Assembly (NCBI RefSeq): GCF_963921235.1
Contig: NC_086097.1
Span: 131,070,001-131,134,000 of the forward strand
Length of the DNA: 64,000 nucleotides
Source of the DNA: Mobula hypostoma
Taxonomy: Eukaryota
Reading direction: 5' to 3'
The notes beneath the pieces are model-generated. The model worked only from the letters and a program-made list of their open reading frames with translations. It was not told where the DNA came from and searched no databases. Below, piece after piece: positions 26,223 through 36,949 of the stretch (position 1 is the stretch's first letter; every line of letters begins with the position of its first letter). The translations under genes were made by a program, and so were the position numbers.

Positions 26223-27053
26223 CAGGTCCGCAATCCCTCATCTGAAATCCTTGGGGCCAGTTGCACGTCGGAATTCAGAATTTTTCAGATTTCAGACCCC
26301 GCCCCCCCCCCCGATACCAAAAAACACATATGCTCAAGTCTCTTATTTAACCTGTCTCAGTGCAGTGGACTTCAGGACCCAGCAGCGCACCAAACCTACG
26401 TACATCCTCCCGTATACTTTATATCATCTCTAGATTACTTATAATACCTAATACAATGTAAATGCTATGTAAATAATTGTTCTACTGTATTGTTTAGGGA
26501 ATAATGACAAGAAGAAATTTTATTTCCAACAAAAACATTCAATAAAACAAAGATATACCGCTTCAAACGAACTGAATCAAACACATGGTAAATGACTTAT
26601 TAGAATAAATGTTGAACGTCACTGTCACTATAAAACTTCAGTAACTTGTCTTTCTGTTTATTTAAATCATATACAGTGGTAATTCTGACACTATTATCTT
26701 CAGTAAGATGCCGCACAGACACACCACGATCAAGCTTCTGCAATAACTTCACTTTCTGCGTTATTGATAGAGAAGATTCCTTCTCTTTTTCTCATTGTTA
26801 CCCATAGGGGTATCTGCAGCTCTTTTTGACATTTTCACAGTGAAATTAAACACAAAGTCAACAGTGAACACACAATATCAGCGAACAGCAATTGCACGCG
26901 TAACCAGTACGAGCGCTGAGCCACAACTGACGTCTGGCGGCCTCTGCTCGTGCTGCCACGTCACACCTGAGTGACATCAGCTGTCGGCGAAAAAAACTTC
27001 TGTTTTCAGAGTTTTTTGGATTTCAGAATTTTGGATAAAGGAATGTGCACCTG
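26223..27053. mobile_element. Tigger/pogo-family MITE (Tigger4/Zombi-like ends, MER2-like core)
   Basis: TA TSD at 26221-22 and 27054-55; imperfect TIRs caggtccgcaatccctcatctgaaat / attttggataaaggaatgtgcacctg; the host LINE rejoins across it. Confidence 0.85.
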
Positions 27054-27148
27054 TACTTCAAAGAGCACCTTATGAGGTCATTCTTACCCTTGGCCATTAG
27101 GCTCAATAATGAGACAACCTATAGCCGGGGAAGTAATGACCCCCTCCT

Positions 27149-27264
27149 AGCTCTTCCTTCAGTTAGTCCTGACAAAGGGTCTCGGCCTGAAACGTCGACT
27201 GTACCTCTTCCTAGAGATGCTGCCTGGCCTGCTGCATTCACCAGCAACTTTGATGTGTGTTGTT
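27149..27264 (+). mobile_element. 116-bp Penelope-derived element with hammerhead motif and 9-bp TSD
   Basis: TSD ccccctcct at 27140-27148 and 27265-27273; contains AGTC-CTGACAA-AGGGTCTCGGCCT-GAAAC-GTC-GACT. Confidence 0.85.
27165..27200 (+). ncRNA. Minimal type I hammerhead ribozyme motif (G8>A variant, probably inactive)
   Basis: Stem I AGTC/GACT, core CUGACAA (consensus CUGANGA), stem II, GAAAC, GUC cleavage triplet, palindromic ACGU in place of stem III. Confidence 0.7.
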
Positions 27265-28779
27265 CCCCCTCCTGTCAGACTGTTTGTGGTAACTTATTTA
27301 TTTTATTCTTTCCACTTCTCTTCTAATATTTGTGTCTATGCACTTACAATGCTACCACGACACTGTAATTTCCTTTAGGATTAATAAAGTATCTAGCTAT
27401 TTTGCAAAATCTGTGCAATTTCAAAACTAATCCAACTGCTTCACTTCTGAAAAGAATTTTCACAAAATAAATCAAACTATTGATGGTCAAGAACCAAATG
27501 TGCTTTTTTTTTGTTTTTGTAACCTTTCTCAATATTCACAGAATGACTTCAAATGTATTCCAAACCACTGAAATACCAAGTGCAACATTCAATCAGTTTA
27601 GTCAGTCCAGCCTGTATCAATGTTTACTTTCCACAAAATCAAAAGAGCTGTCATAAAAGGGTAGCCCAAAGCAGCACATGAACAATGCAACTCAAATATT
27701 CAAGCTAAATGCAATAAGATCATATTCACCCAAAGAAACACTATGGGGGGGGGGGGGGAATACTCTTTCCTACAAGCTCAAAGTCACATTACTACCAGCA
27801 GCTTTTCATGTTTATTTGACTTGTATAAATCAAGCATTTGATTTCAATTTTCAGGATCTTGGCCTGAAAAATGATGTTTATACTTACAATGAATATGGTC
27901 TAAGCTGTTTGGAGGTAGCTTAAGCATTTTAAAAACAGTGCAATGAAAAACAAACACCATTCCATTCAGTAAAAAATGTGATTTAATTCTGATCATGAAC
28001 CTAAGCCATTCCTTGGTATTGACAAACTCCACAAAACAATTTCACAAGCCTTTCTTAAAAAAAGATGCTTAAAGCTTGCAAGAAATTCTACAAGTATCAA
28101 CTGAAAGAAAGTATCAACTGAAAGGCTTTAGTCATTTCATCCTCATTTTATCTGCAATATTTGTCATTTATGTTTCAAATGTTTTCTCTTACCTTGTCTA
28201 AATGTGTAATAGACAAGGCACAGGTAACGTGCATTTGCAGTGTCTGTATAAAACCACCAGAAGGGAAGAGATGGGGTGCAAAGGAGGGATAAATGGAGGA
28301 GGTAGGAAGAATGTATTCAGATACGTTGTATCAGGATTGAGAAGAGAATATAAGCAGAGGAGTGAAGGAACTGCGACCAGAGGGTAAAATTAAGAGAGAC
28401 GAAAAGCGCCTACAATTGGGTGGGGGGGGGGGAAAATGGAGGCAAAGGAAGAAAGTCTGCGCAAATGGGTGAATAGCAGCAAGAGCTGACAGAGTATTTC
28501 AGGAGACTGCAACTGGGGGCAGGTGTAGGAGAAAGGAAGGGCATGAACAAGGAAGATAAAACCATGATGGAGTGAGGGTGGGGGACATGTCAGCCTGGGT
28601 GGGCTGAGCTGGGAAGGGGGGGGGAGAGGGACACACTGGGCTAGGCGGAAGAGCAAGGACTTGCTGGGCCAGGTGAGAGGTGGGGTGAAGTGAAGTGACA
28701 GAGGAGGCTACACACAGGTTAGGGCAAGAGATCGAAAAAAGACTGTTTGCAAGCTTTCAGACTTTTCCAGGGACCCAAT

Positions 28780-31065
28780 CGAATCATGATTCATTAGTAA
28801 GGACAAATAAAAATAAGATGGAGTTGGGAGACCTTGGCTCAACAGGCTCGGACAAAGCAAGTATCTTCTTCTGCATTCTTCGCCAGTTAGTGCAGTGACA
28901 ACATCTCCAGGAGCTGTGCTGTTTTTTTTTGTGTGAGATGTGGGAATTCCAAGAGACCTTCAGGCTCCAGGATAACATCTACACCAGATGCACTGAGCTG
29001 CAGCTCCTCAGAGACCGTGTTAAGGAACTGGAGTTGCAGCTCGATGACCTTCGGCTCATACGGGAAAATAAAGAGGCAATAGATGGGAGCTACAAGGAGG
29101 TAGTCACCCCCAAAATGCAGGGGGCAGGTACCTGGGTGACCGTCAGGAAATGGGCAACCAGTGCAGACCTCTCCTGTGGCTGTTCCCCTCACTAATAAGA
29201 ATACCACTTTAGATATTACCAGGGGGAAACTGCAGCGACCAGGTCTCTGGCACTGTGGCTTAGAAGGGAAGAGAGGAGAAGAGGACTACTGTAGTGATAG
29301 GGGATTACATAGTCAGAGAAGTCGTCATGAGATTCTGTGGACGTGGAAAAGACACTTGGATGGCATGTTGCCCCCCAGGTGCCAGGATCAGCGATGTCTC
29401 AGATTGCATCCACTATATTCTAAACTGAGAAGGTAAGTAACCAGAACTCTTGGAACAGATTGGCATCAGTGACATAGGTAGGAAAAGGGAGGAGATCCTG
29501 AAGAGAGAATTTAGGGAATTAGGTAGAAAGCTGAAAAGGAGGACCTCCAAGAAAGTAATCTCTGGATTGCTGCCTGTGCCACAGGGCAGTGAGGCAAGAG
29601 GAGAATGATTTGGCAGATGAATGTGTGCCTGAGGACCTGGTGCAGCAGGCAGGGCTTCAAACTTCTGAATTATTTGGGACTTCCCTTGTCAGGGTATGAT
29701 AAAAGAGAAAATTTACACCTGAATCCAAAGGGAACCAATATCCTTGTTCACAGATTTGCTGGAGCTGTTGGATGAGGTCTCAGGGTCCTTGGAAGCACAA
29801 GAGAAAATAGGCCAAAATCAGCATGGCTTCCTTAGGGGAAAATCTTACCTGATAAATCTGTTAGAATTTTTTGAAGAAATAACAAGTGGGATAGACAAAG
29901 GAGAATGAATGGATGTTGTGTTCTTTGATTTTTCAGAAGGCCTTTGACAAGTTGCCACATGAAGCTGTTTAACAAGACAAAAAGCCCACAGTATTTATGG
30001 AAAAATATTAGCATGGATAGAGGATTGGCTGATTAGCAGGAGGCAAAGTGTGGGAATAAAAGGAAGCTTTTCTGGTTAGTGTTCCACAGGGGTTGGAGTT
30101 GGGTCTGCTTCTTTTTATGGTATATGTCAATGATTTGGATGATGGAATTGACAACTTTGTAGCCAAGTTGCGGATGATATGAAGATTATTGGAGAAGTGA
30201 TTAGTGTTGCGGAAGCAGGGAGGCTGCAAAAGGACTTGGATTAGGAGAATGGGCAAAGAAATTTCAGATGGAATAGAGTTGAGATGTAAGGTCATGCACT
30301 TTGGTAGAAGGAACAAAAGTGTAGACTATTTTCTAAATGGGCGGAAAATTCAAAAATCCGAAGTGCAAAGGTACTTGGAAGTCCTTGTGCACTAAAGATT
30401 AATTTGGAAGGTTGAGTCTATGGAAGGCAAATATATTGTTGGCATTCTTTTCAAGAGAACTAGAATATAAAAGTAAAAATGTAATGCTGAGGCTCTATAA
30501 GGCACAAGTGATGCCTCACTTGGGAGTATTGTGAGCAGTTTTGGGCCCCGTATCTCAGAAAGGCTGTGCTGCCATTTGAAAGGGTTTAGAGGAGGTTCAT
30601 GAGAATGAAAGGGTTATCGAATGAGAAACGTGTGATGGCTCTGTGCCCATACTCGCAAAAATTTGGAAGAATGAGCAGGGATCTCATTGAGGACCATCAA
30701 ATCTTGAAAGGCTTAAATACAGTATATGTGGAGAGCATATTTCCTATAGTGGGAGAGTCTAGGGCCAGAGGGCACAGCCTCAGAATGAAGGGACATTCAT
30801 TTAGAACAGAGACAAAGAGGAATTTCTTTAGCCAGATGGTCACAAACCTGCGCAATTCATTGCCACAGGTGGCTGTGGAGGCCAGGTCACTGGGTGTATG
30901 TAATGTGGAGGTTGACAGGTTCTTAATTAGTCAGCGCATGAAACATTACAGGGAGAAGACAGGAGAACAGGATTGTGAGGAAGAATGGATCAGTCATGAT
31001 GAAATGGAACAGCACACTTGATGGGTCAAATATTCTATTCTGTTCCAATATTTTATGGCCTTTAT
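28780..31065 (+). mobile_element. CR1 LINE with internal deletion (ORF1 joined directly to the RT half of ORF2)
   Basis: ORF1 CEMWEF...RCTELQLLRDRVKELELQL and esterase to ~29775, then immediately gatgaggtctcaggg...cagcatggcttcc (RT); endonuclease region absent; 3' UTR to ~31065. Confidence 0.85.
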
Positions 31066-31084
31066 TGTGGGTGTGTGGTGGAAG

Positions 31085-31985
31085 AAGACAAGTTGGGCCA
31101 GGTGGATAGGAAGGGACCTGCTGGGCCAGGTGGTGGTGGGAAGGGAGGGAACATCCTGAGCCTGTTGGGGCATAGGAAAGAAGGGAGGGACCTGCTGGGG
31201 CCAGGTGGGGCATGGGAAGGAAGGAGGGGGGGGAACTGCTGGGGCCAGGTGGGGCATGGGAAGGAAGGAAGGGGGGACCTGCTGGGGCATGGGAAGGAAG
31301 GAAGGGAGGACCTGCTGGGGCATGGGAAGGAAGGAAGGGGGGACCTACTGGGGCCAGGTGGAGCATGGGAAGGAAGGAAGGGGGACCTGCTGGGGCATGG
31401 GAAAGAAGGAAGGGGGGACCTGTTGGGGCCAGGTGGGGCATGGGAAGGAAGGAAGTGGGGATCTGCTGGGCCAGGTGGGGCATGGGAAGGAAGGAAGGGG
31501 GGACCTGCTGGGCCAGGTGGGGCATGGGAAGGAAGGAGGGACCTGCTGGGCCAGGTGGGGCATGGGAAGGAAGGAGGGACCGGAAGGGGGGACCTGCTGG
31601 GGCATGGGAAGGAAGGAAGGGAGGACCTGCTGGGGCATGGGAAGGAAGGAAGGGGGGACCTACTGGGGCCAGGTGGGGCATGGGAAGGAAGGAAGGGGGG
31701 ACCTGCTGGGCCAGGTGGGGCATGGAAAGGAAGGAAGGGGGGAACCTGCTGGGGGCATGGGAAGGAAGGAGGGACCTGCTGGGCCAGGTGGGTCGTGGTA
31801 CGGAAGGGGGTCCTATTGTGCCGTGGGAAGGGGGGGGGTCTACTGGGTCGGGAAGGGGTGGGAAGGAAGGGGGACTTGCTGGGCCGGGGGTGGGGGTCGT
31901 GGGAACGAGGGGCAACGTACAGAAAGGGGAACCTGCTGAAGAGGGGTCGGGGGAAGGCGGGTGACCTGCTGGGCCGCGGTACCAG
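31085..31985 (+). repeat. G-rich minisatellite (units of ~33 and ~42 bp: GGGACCTGCTGGG[GCCAGGTGGG]GCATGGGAAGGAAGGAAGG)
   Basis: Tandem units directly visible; they account for the long low-complexity ORFs in 30923-32148. Confidence 0.95.
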
Positions 31986-32360
31986 CCACACTGGCCAAGC
32001 CTGCAGTTTGGAGCCATCGCCCCCCGCAATCCTTCCACTTCCCCTCTACCGAATCTCCGAGCGCTGGTCCCGTTCGGGACATGCAGTACCTGCTCTGCCT
32101 CCCCGGGTAATATTCGTGCCTCTTCTGCAGGCTCCGCACTGGGCGTAAAGGGATGTTATCCGCCATCTTAAAGTGGGTGGGTCCTCCTCCCACAACCCCC
32201 CGGGCGAAGGCGAACACGTCACTCATCGATTGTCCCGCCCTCCGGTACCCTGACATCACGCTCGCCATCACGTCACTCCCCAAACAGAACTTTGTCCTTT
32301 GAGCGATGACTCGCAAGCACAGCATCAGAGTCTTGACAGGGCTGTCAAGGTCGAGGTTAG
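31780..32360. promoter_or_regulatory. CpG island / ATP9B promoter
   Basis: The clearest CpG-rich non-TE stretch in a CpG-depleted window. YY1-type AAGATGGCGG overlaps the ATG; GC box CCCGCCC 32234-32240; CRE-like CACGTCA at 32215 and 32269; TGACATCA at 32251. Confidence 0.8.
32090..32166 (-). CDS. ATP9B: First coding exon of P4-ATPase phospholipid flippase ATP9B (ATP9A less likely)
   Basis: Minus strand reads aagATGGCG...AGC AG|gtactg, translating to MADNIPLRPVRSLQKRHEYYPGRQS(R). This resembles the human ATP9B N-terminus as I remember it (MADQIPLYPVRS...RKRAAYY...RHSR), with a phase-2 donor in the same Arg codon. Good Kozak context, inside a CpG island. Exon 2 (YQLEDE...-like) was not found in 1-32089. 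Confidence 0.85.
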
Positions 32361-32894
32361 CTCATGTGCGCAAGTATATTATGGATGCACAGGTGCAATG
32401 AAAAACTTACTTGCAGCAGCATCACAGGCACATAGCATCAGATACACAACACTCAAAGGACCACATAAATTAAATATATATATATATATTATACAAGTTT
32501 TGTTAATGAATATGTATCTTAATATTTTAAATTATATAAATTACATATTTCTTTTCAATCTCTTTTATGCAAAACTAAGTTGTCAATACAGATGACAATA
32601 ACAAATCAATATGCCAATTTCTTCCCTCTGACCTTAAAATAATGCCCTCTCATTTTAAATTCCCTTTCTCTGGGTTAAGAACTGTGTGCATTCATCCTCT
32701 CTATGCCCCTCATGATCCTATACACTAATCTAACATCACCCATCACTCTCCTACACTCTGAATACAGTCGTAGCCTAGTTGAATCTCCCTGTGGTTCAGG
32801 CCCTCAAATCCACCAAGATTCTTGGAATTATTTTCAGACTAATTACATCTTTCCTATATCAGGGTAACCAAAACTGTACATAGTTCTCCAGTTC

Positions 32895-35800
32895 CAATGC
32901 TATTGGGGAGGGTTTAAGCTAGATTTGCAGGGGGGTGGGAACCGGTGAAGAGGCAGAGGATGGTGGGGGGGGGGGTTGGAGCACAAGCAGCTTGTGGGGA
33001 GTTTGTGAAGAAGGATTTGCAAATGATAGAGCAAAGATGCACTCAGCCTGATGGTTTGAGATATGTTAATTTTAAAGCAAAGAGTATCATAAACAAGGTG
33101 GATAAACTTAGAGCGTGGATCAATACACTGTGCCAATATAGAGACTTGGATATCTCAGGAACAGAAATGGCTACTGAGTGTGCCAGGCTTTAGATGTTTC
33201 AAAAAAAAGAGAGGGAGGCATGTTTTTTCTAATTAGGGATAGTGTCATGGCTGCAGAAAAGGAGGAAGTCATGGAGGGATGGTCTACTGAGTCAGTATGG
33301 GTGGAATACAGAAACAGGAAAGGGGCAATAACTCTACTGGTGTTTATTATAGAGCCCCCTCCCCAATAGTACAGGGATATTGAGGAGCAGATAGGGAGGC
33401 AGATTCTGGAACGGTGCAATAATAATAGGGTGGTTGTGATGTGAGATTTTAACTTTCCTAATCATGATTGGCATCTCCTTAGTGCAAGAGGTTTAGATGC
33501 AGTGGAGTTTGTTAGGTGTGTTCAGGAAGGTTTCCTGACACAATATGTAGATAAGCCAATTAGAGGAGAGGCTGTGCTTGATCCAGTATTGGGAACTGAA
33601 CCTGGTCAGGTGTCAGATCTGTCAGTGGGAGAGCATTTTGGAGGTTGTGACCATAACTCTATCTCCTTCATCATTGTGTTGAAGAGGGATAGGAGCAGAC
33701 AATTTGGGGAAACATTTAATTGGGGTAAGGGGAAATATGGGCTATCAGGCAGAAACTTGGGAGCATAAATTGGGAGCAGATGTTCTCAGGGAAATGCACG
33801 GCAGAAATATGGCAAATGTTCAGGGAATATTTGCATGGAGTTCTCCATAGGTATGTTCCATTGTGCAGGGAAAGGATGGTAGGGTTAAAGAACCATGGTG
33901 TACAAAGGATGTAGAAAATTTAGTTAAGAAGAAAAGCTTATGAAAGGTTCAAGAAACTAGATACTGTTAGAGGTCTAGAAAATTACAAGGTTGTTAGGAA
34001 GGAGTTTAAGAATGGAATTAGGAGAGCCATAAAGGGCCATGAGAAGGTCATGGTGTGCAGGATTAAAAAAACACTAAGGCATTTTGCAAGTATGTGAAGC
34101 ACAAGAGGATGAGTCATGTGAGAACAGGTCCTATGAGGTGTGATAGTGGAAAGTGTGCATGGAGTCAGAGGAGGTAGCAGAGGTACTTAATGAAGATTCA
34201 CCGGGGAAAAAGATCTTGGCAATTATGGGGATGGCTTACAGTGGACTTTAAGTACTTGAGCATATAGACACTAAGAAAGAGGATGTGCTGGAGCTTTTGA
34301 AAAGCATTGAGTTAGATTAGTAACCGGGACCGGATGAGACGTACCTCAGGCTACTGTGGGAAGCGAGAGAGGAGATTGCTGAGCCTCTGGCAATGATCCT
34401 TACATCATCAATGGGACGGGGAAGGTTGCGGAACAGTGGAGGGTTGCAAATGTTGTTCCCTTGTTCAAGAAAGGGAGTAGAGGTAACCCAGGAAATTATA
34501 GACCAGTGAGTCTGACTTCAGTGGTGAGCAAATTGTTGGAGAAGATCTTGAGAGGCAGGATTTATGAGCATTTGGAGAGACATAATCTGATTAAGGATAG
34601 TCAGCATGGCTTTGTCAAGGGCAGGTTGTGCCTTGTGAGCCTGATTGAATTCTTTGAGGAAGTAATGAAACACATTGATGAAGGTAGAGCAGTGGATGTA
34701 GTGTATATGGATTTCAGTCAAACATTTGATAAGGTTCCCCATGCGAGGCTCCTTCAGACAGTAAGGAGGCATGGAATCCAAGGAGACCTTGCTTTGTGAA
34801 TCCAGAATTGGTTTGTCCACAGAAGGCAAAGAGTGGTTGTAAATGGTTCGTATTATGCATGGAGGTTGGTGACCAGTGGTGTTCCGCAGGGATCTGTTCT
34901 GGGATACTTTGTGATTTTTATAAGAAATGTGGATGAAGAAGTAAAAGGGTGGAATAGTAAGTTTGCTGATGACACAAAGGCTGGGGTGTTGTGGATAGTC
35001 TGGAGTGTTGTCAGAGGTTACAGCGGGACATCAGTAAGATGCAGAACTGGGCTGAGAAGTGGAAGTTCATACAGCTGAACAGAAGAGTGTTTGTTATGTT
35101 GTAGTTGTACAAGATGCTAGTGAGAACATAGAACATAGAAATCTACAGCACATTACAGGCCCTTCAGCCCACAATGTTGTGCTGACCATGTAACCTACTC
35201 TAGAAACTGCCTTGAATTTCCCTAGTGCACAGCAGATAGACTTCAACTCAGATACGGGTGAAATGGTTTATTTTGGTAGGTCAAATTTGAAGACAGAATA
35301 TAATATTAATGGTAAGACTCTGGCAGTGTGGAGGATCTGAGAAATCTTGGGGTCTGTAACAATAGGACACTCAAAGCTGCTACGCAGGTTGACTGTATTG
35401 TTAAGAAGGTGTATGGTGTGATGGCTTTCATCAACCATGGGATTGAGTTCAAGAGCTATATAACACCTTGGTCAGACCCCACTTGGAGTACTGTTTTCAG
35501 CTCTGGTCATCTCACTGCAGGAAAGATGTGGATACTATAGAGAGAATGCAGAGGAGATTTACAAGGATGTTGCCTGGATTGGAGAGCATGCCTTATGAGA
35601 ATAGGTTGAGTGAACTTGACCTCCGGAGGCTGAGGGATGACCTGATAGAGGTGTATAAGATGATGAGAGGCATTGATTGTGTGGATAGTCAGAGGCTTTT
35701 TCTCAGGGCTGAAATGTCTAACACAAGAGGGCACAGCTTTAAGGTGCTTGGAAATAGGTACAGGGGAGATGTCAGGGGTAAGTTTTTCACACAGAGTGTG

Positions 35801-36003
35801 GTGGGTGCATGGAATGTACTGCCAGCGATGGTGGTGGAAGTGGATACAATAGGGACTTTTAAGAGCCTCTTAGGTAGGTACATAAATAGAGGGCTATGCG
35901 CTACGGAAATTCAAGGCAGTTTCTAGAGTAGGTTACATGGTCGGCACAACATTGTGGGCCAAAGGGCTTGTAATGTGCTGGAGATTTCTATGTTCTATGT
36001 TCT
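32895..36003 (+). mobile_element. CR1 LINE (end of ORF1 + whole ORF2, decayed)
   Basis: YVNFKAKSIINKVDKL, GGCDHNSISF, NYRPVSLTSVVSKLLE, KFADDTK, RPHLEYC; tail (ttctatg)n. Confidence 0.95.
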
Positions 36004-36428
36004 CATTAGCATCTTGTACCATTACAACATAATGAACACTGTCACGTTCAGCTGTATATATGTATGGATTGAATCATAATTAAACTTAATTTGATCTGAT
36101 TTTGATCTCCAAACTCCTGCACTCAATGCCCGGATTGATGTAGGCCAGCATGCGAAATGCCTACTTCACCTCTCTGGAAAGAAATTGTCAGGGGAACAGA
36201 GGAAATAAATAAATTCAAGGATGTTCGAAAGCTACCTGAAAAGGTGCAGCATTCCTACCAATCTTTGAGAACCTCAGGCTCTAGGGCCTTCGAAATGGAG
36301 TGGAAGCATTAGGATTGGTACTGAGAACTCAAGCACGCAGAAATCCAGCATATACAGCAAATAGAGCTCAAAATCTCATAAACTATTCACCTGACAGGCA
36401 TCTCCTGCCCCATCTGCTGTGTCTACCT

Positions 36429-36518
36429 TTGTCTTTGGACATGATCCAAACAGCAATTTTAAGAACAAGACCAAATACTTGTTCTTAAAATTGCTGTTTG
36501 GATCATGTCCAAAGACAA
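36429..36518. repeat. Perfect inverted repeat, 41-bp arms with 8-nt spacer
   Basis: 36429-36469 is the exact reverse complement of 36478-36518; spacer accaaata. Confidence 0.98.
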
Positions 36519-36667
36519 TCTTAGGATTCAAAAACTCTTGCAATCTAACTGAAACATATTAAATCCCGGTGTTAAATTTACTGTTTGAGTTGCTCTCAAA
36601 TAAGAAGTAACTCAAAATAATTACTTCTAATCTTTTGGAGTTGGAATTATCTTATTACTTTCACATT

Positions 36668-36940
36668 TGGGTGGCATGGTAGCGTAGTGGCTAGCAGAAC
36701 ACTTTAGAGCACAGGCAACCTGGGTTCACTTCCCAACGCTCCCAGTAAGGACCTTGTACAATCCCTCTGTGACTGCATGGGTTTTCTTTGGGCGCTCCAG
36801 TTTCTTCGCACAGACCAAATACGTACCGGTTGGTAGGTTACTTAGTCATTGTAAAATTGTCCCATGATTAGGCCAGCATTAAATTGGTCGGTTGCTGTGT
36901 GGCATGTCTCAAAGGAATGGAAGGGCCTATTCCGTGCTAA
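36668..36940 (+). mobile_element. tRNA-derived V-SINE/HE1-like SINE
   Basis: tRNA head ggcatggtagcgtagtggctagc...gggttcacttcc; V-domain-like gggttttctttgggcgctccagtttcttcgcaca; CR1-like tail gggcctattccgtgct. Confidence 0.8.
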
Positions 36941-36949
36941 ATCTTAATA

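Larger units (their letters stand above)
25380..27392 (+). mobile_element. Rex1/Babar LINE 3' half carrying two nested insertions
   Basis: WIMDYLTGKPQYV, TKEMVIDFRR, LYFLRRLRSFGV; interrupted at 26223-27053 and 27149-27264; tail ggattaataaagtatcta. Confidence 0.9.

Noticed and set aside
30923..32148. Long overlapping ORFs (244-376 aa) on both strands
   Set aside because: They are translations of the stop-poor G-rich minisatellite; low complexity and open in most frames.
31840..32325. 161-aa ORF as a complete gene
   Set aside because: Only 32166-32090 resembles ATP9; the rest is 5' region and read-through past the GT donor.
36668..36740. tRNA gene
   Set aside because: It is the degenerate tRNA-derived head of a SINE, continuing into a V domain and LINE-like tail.
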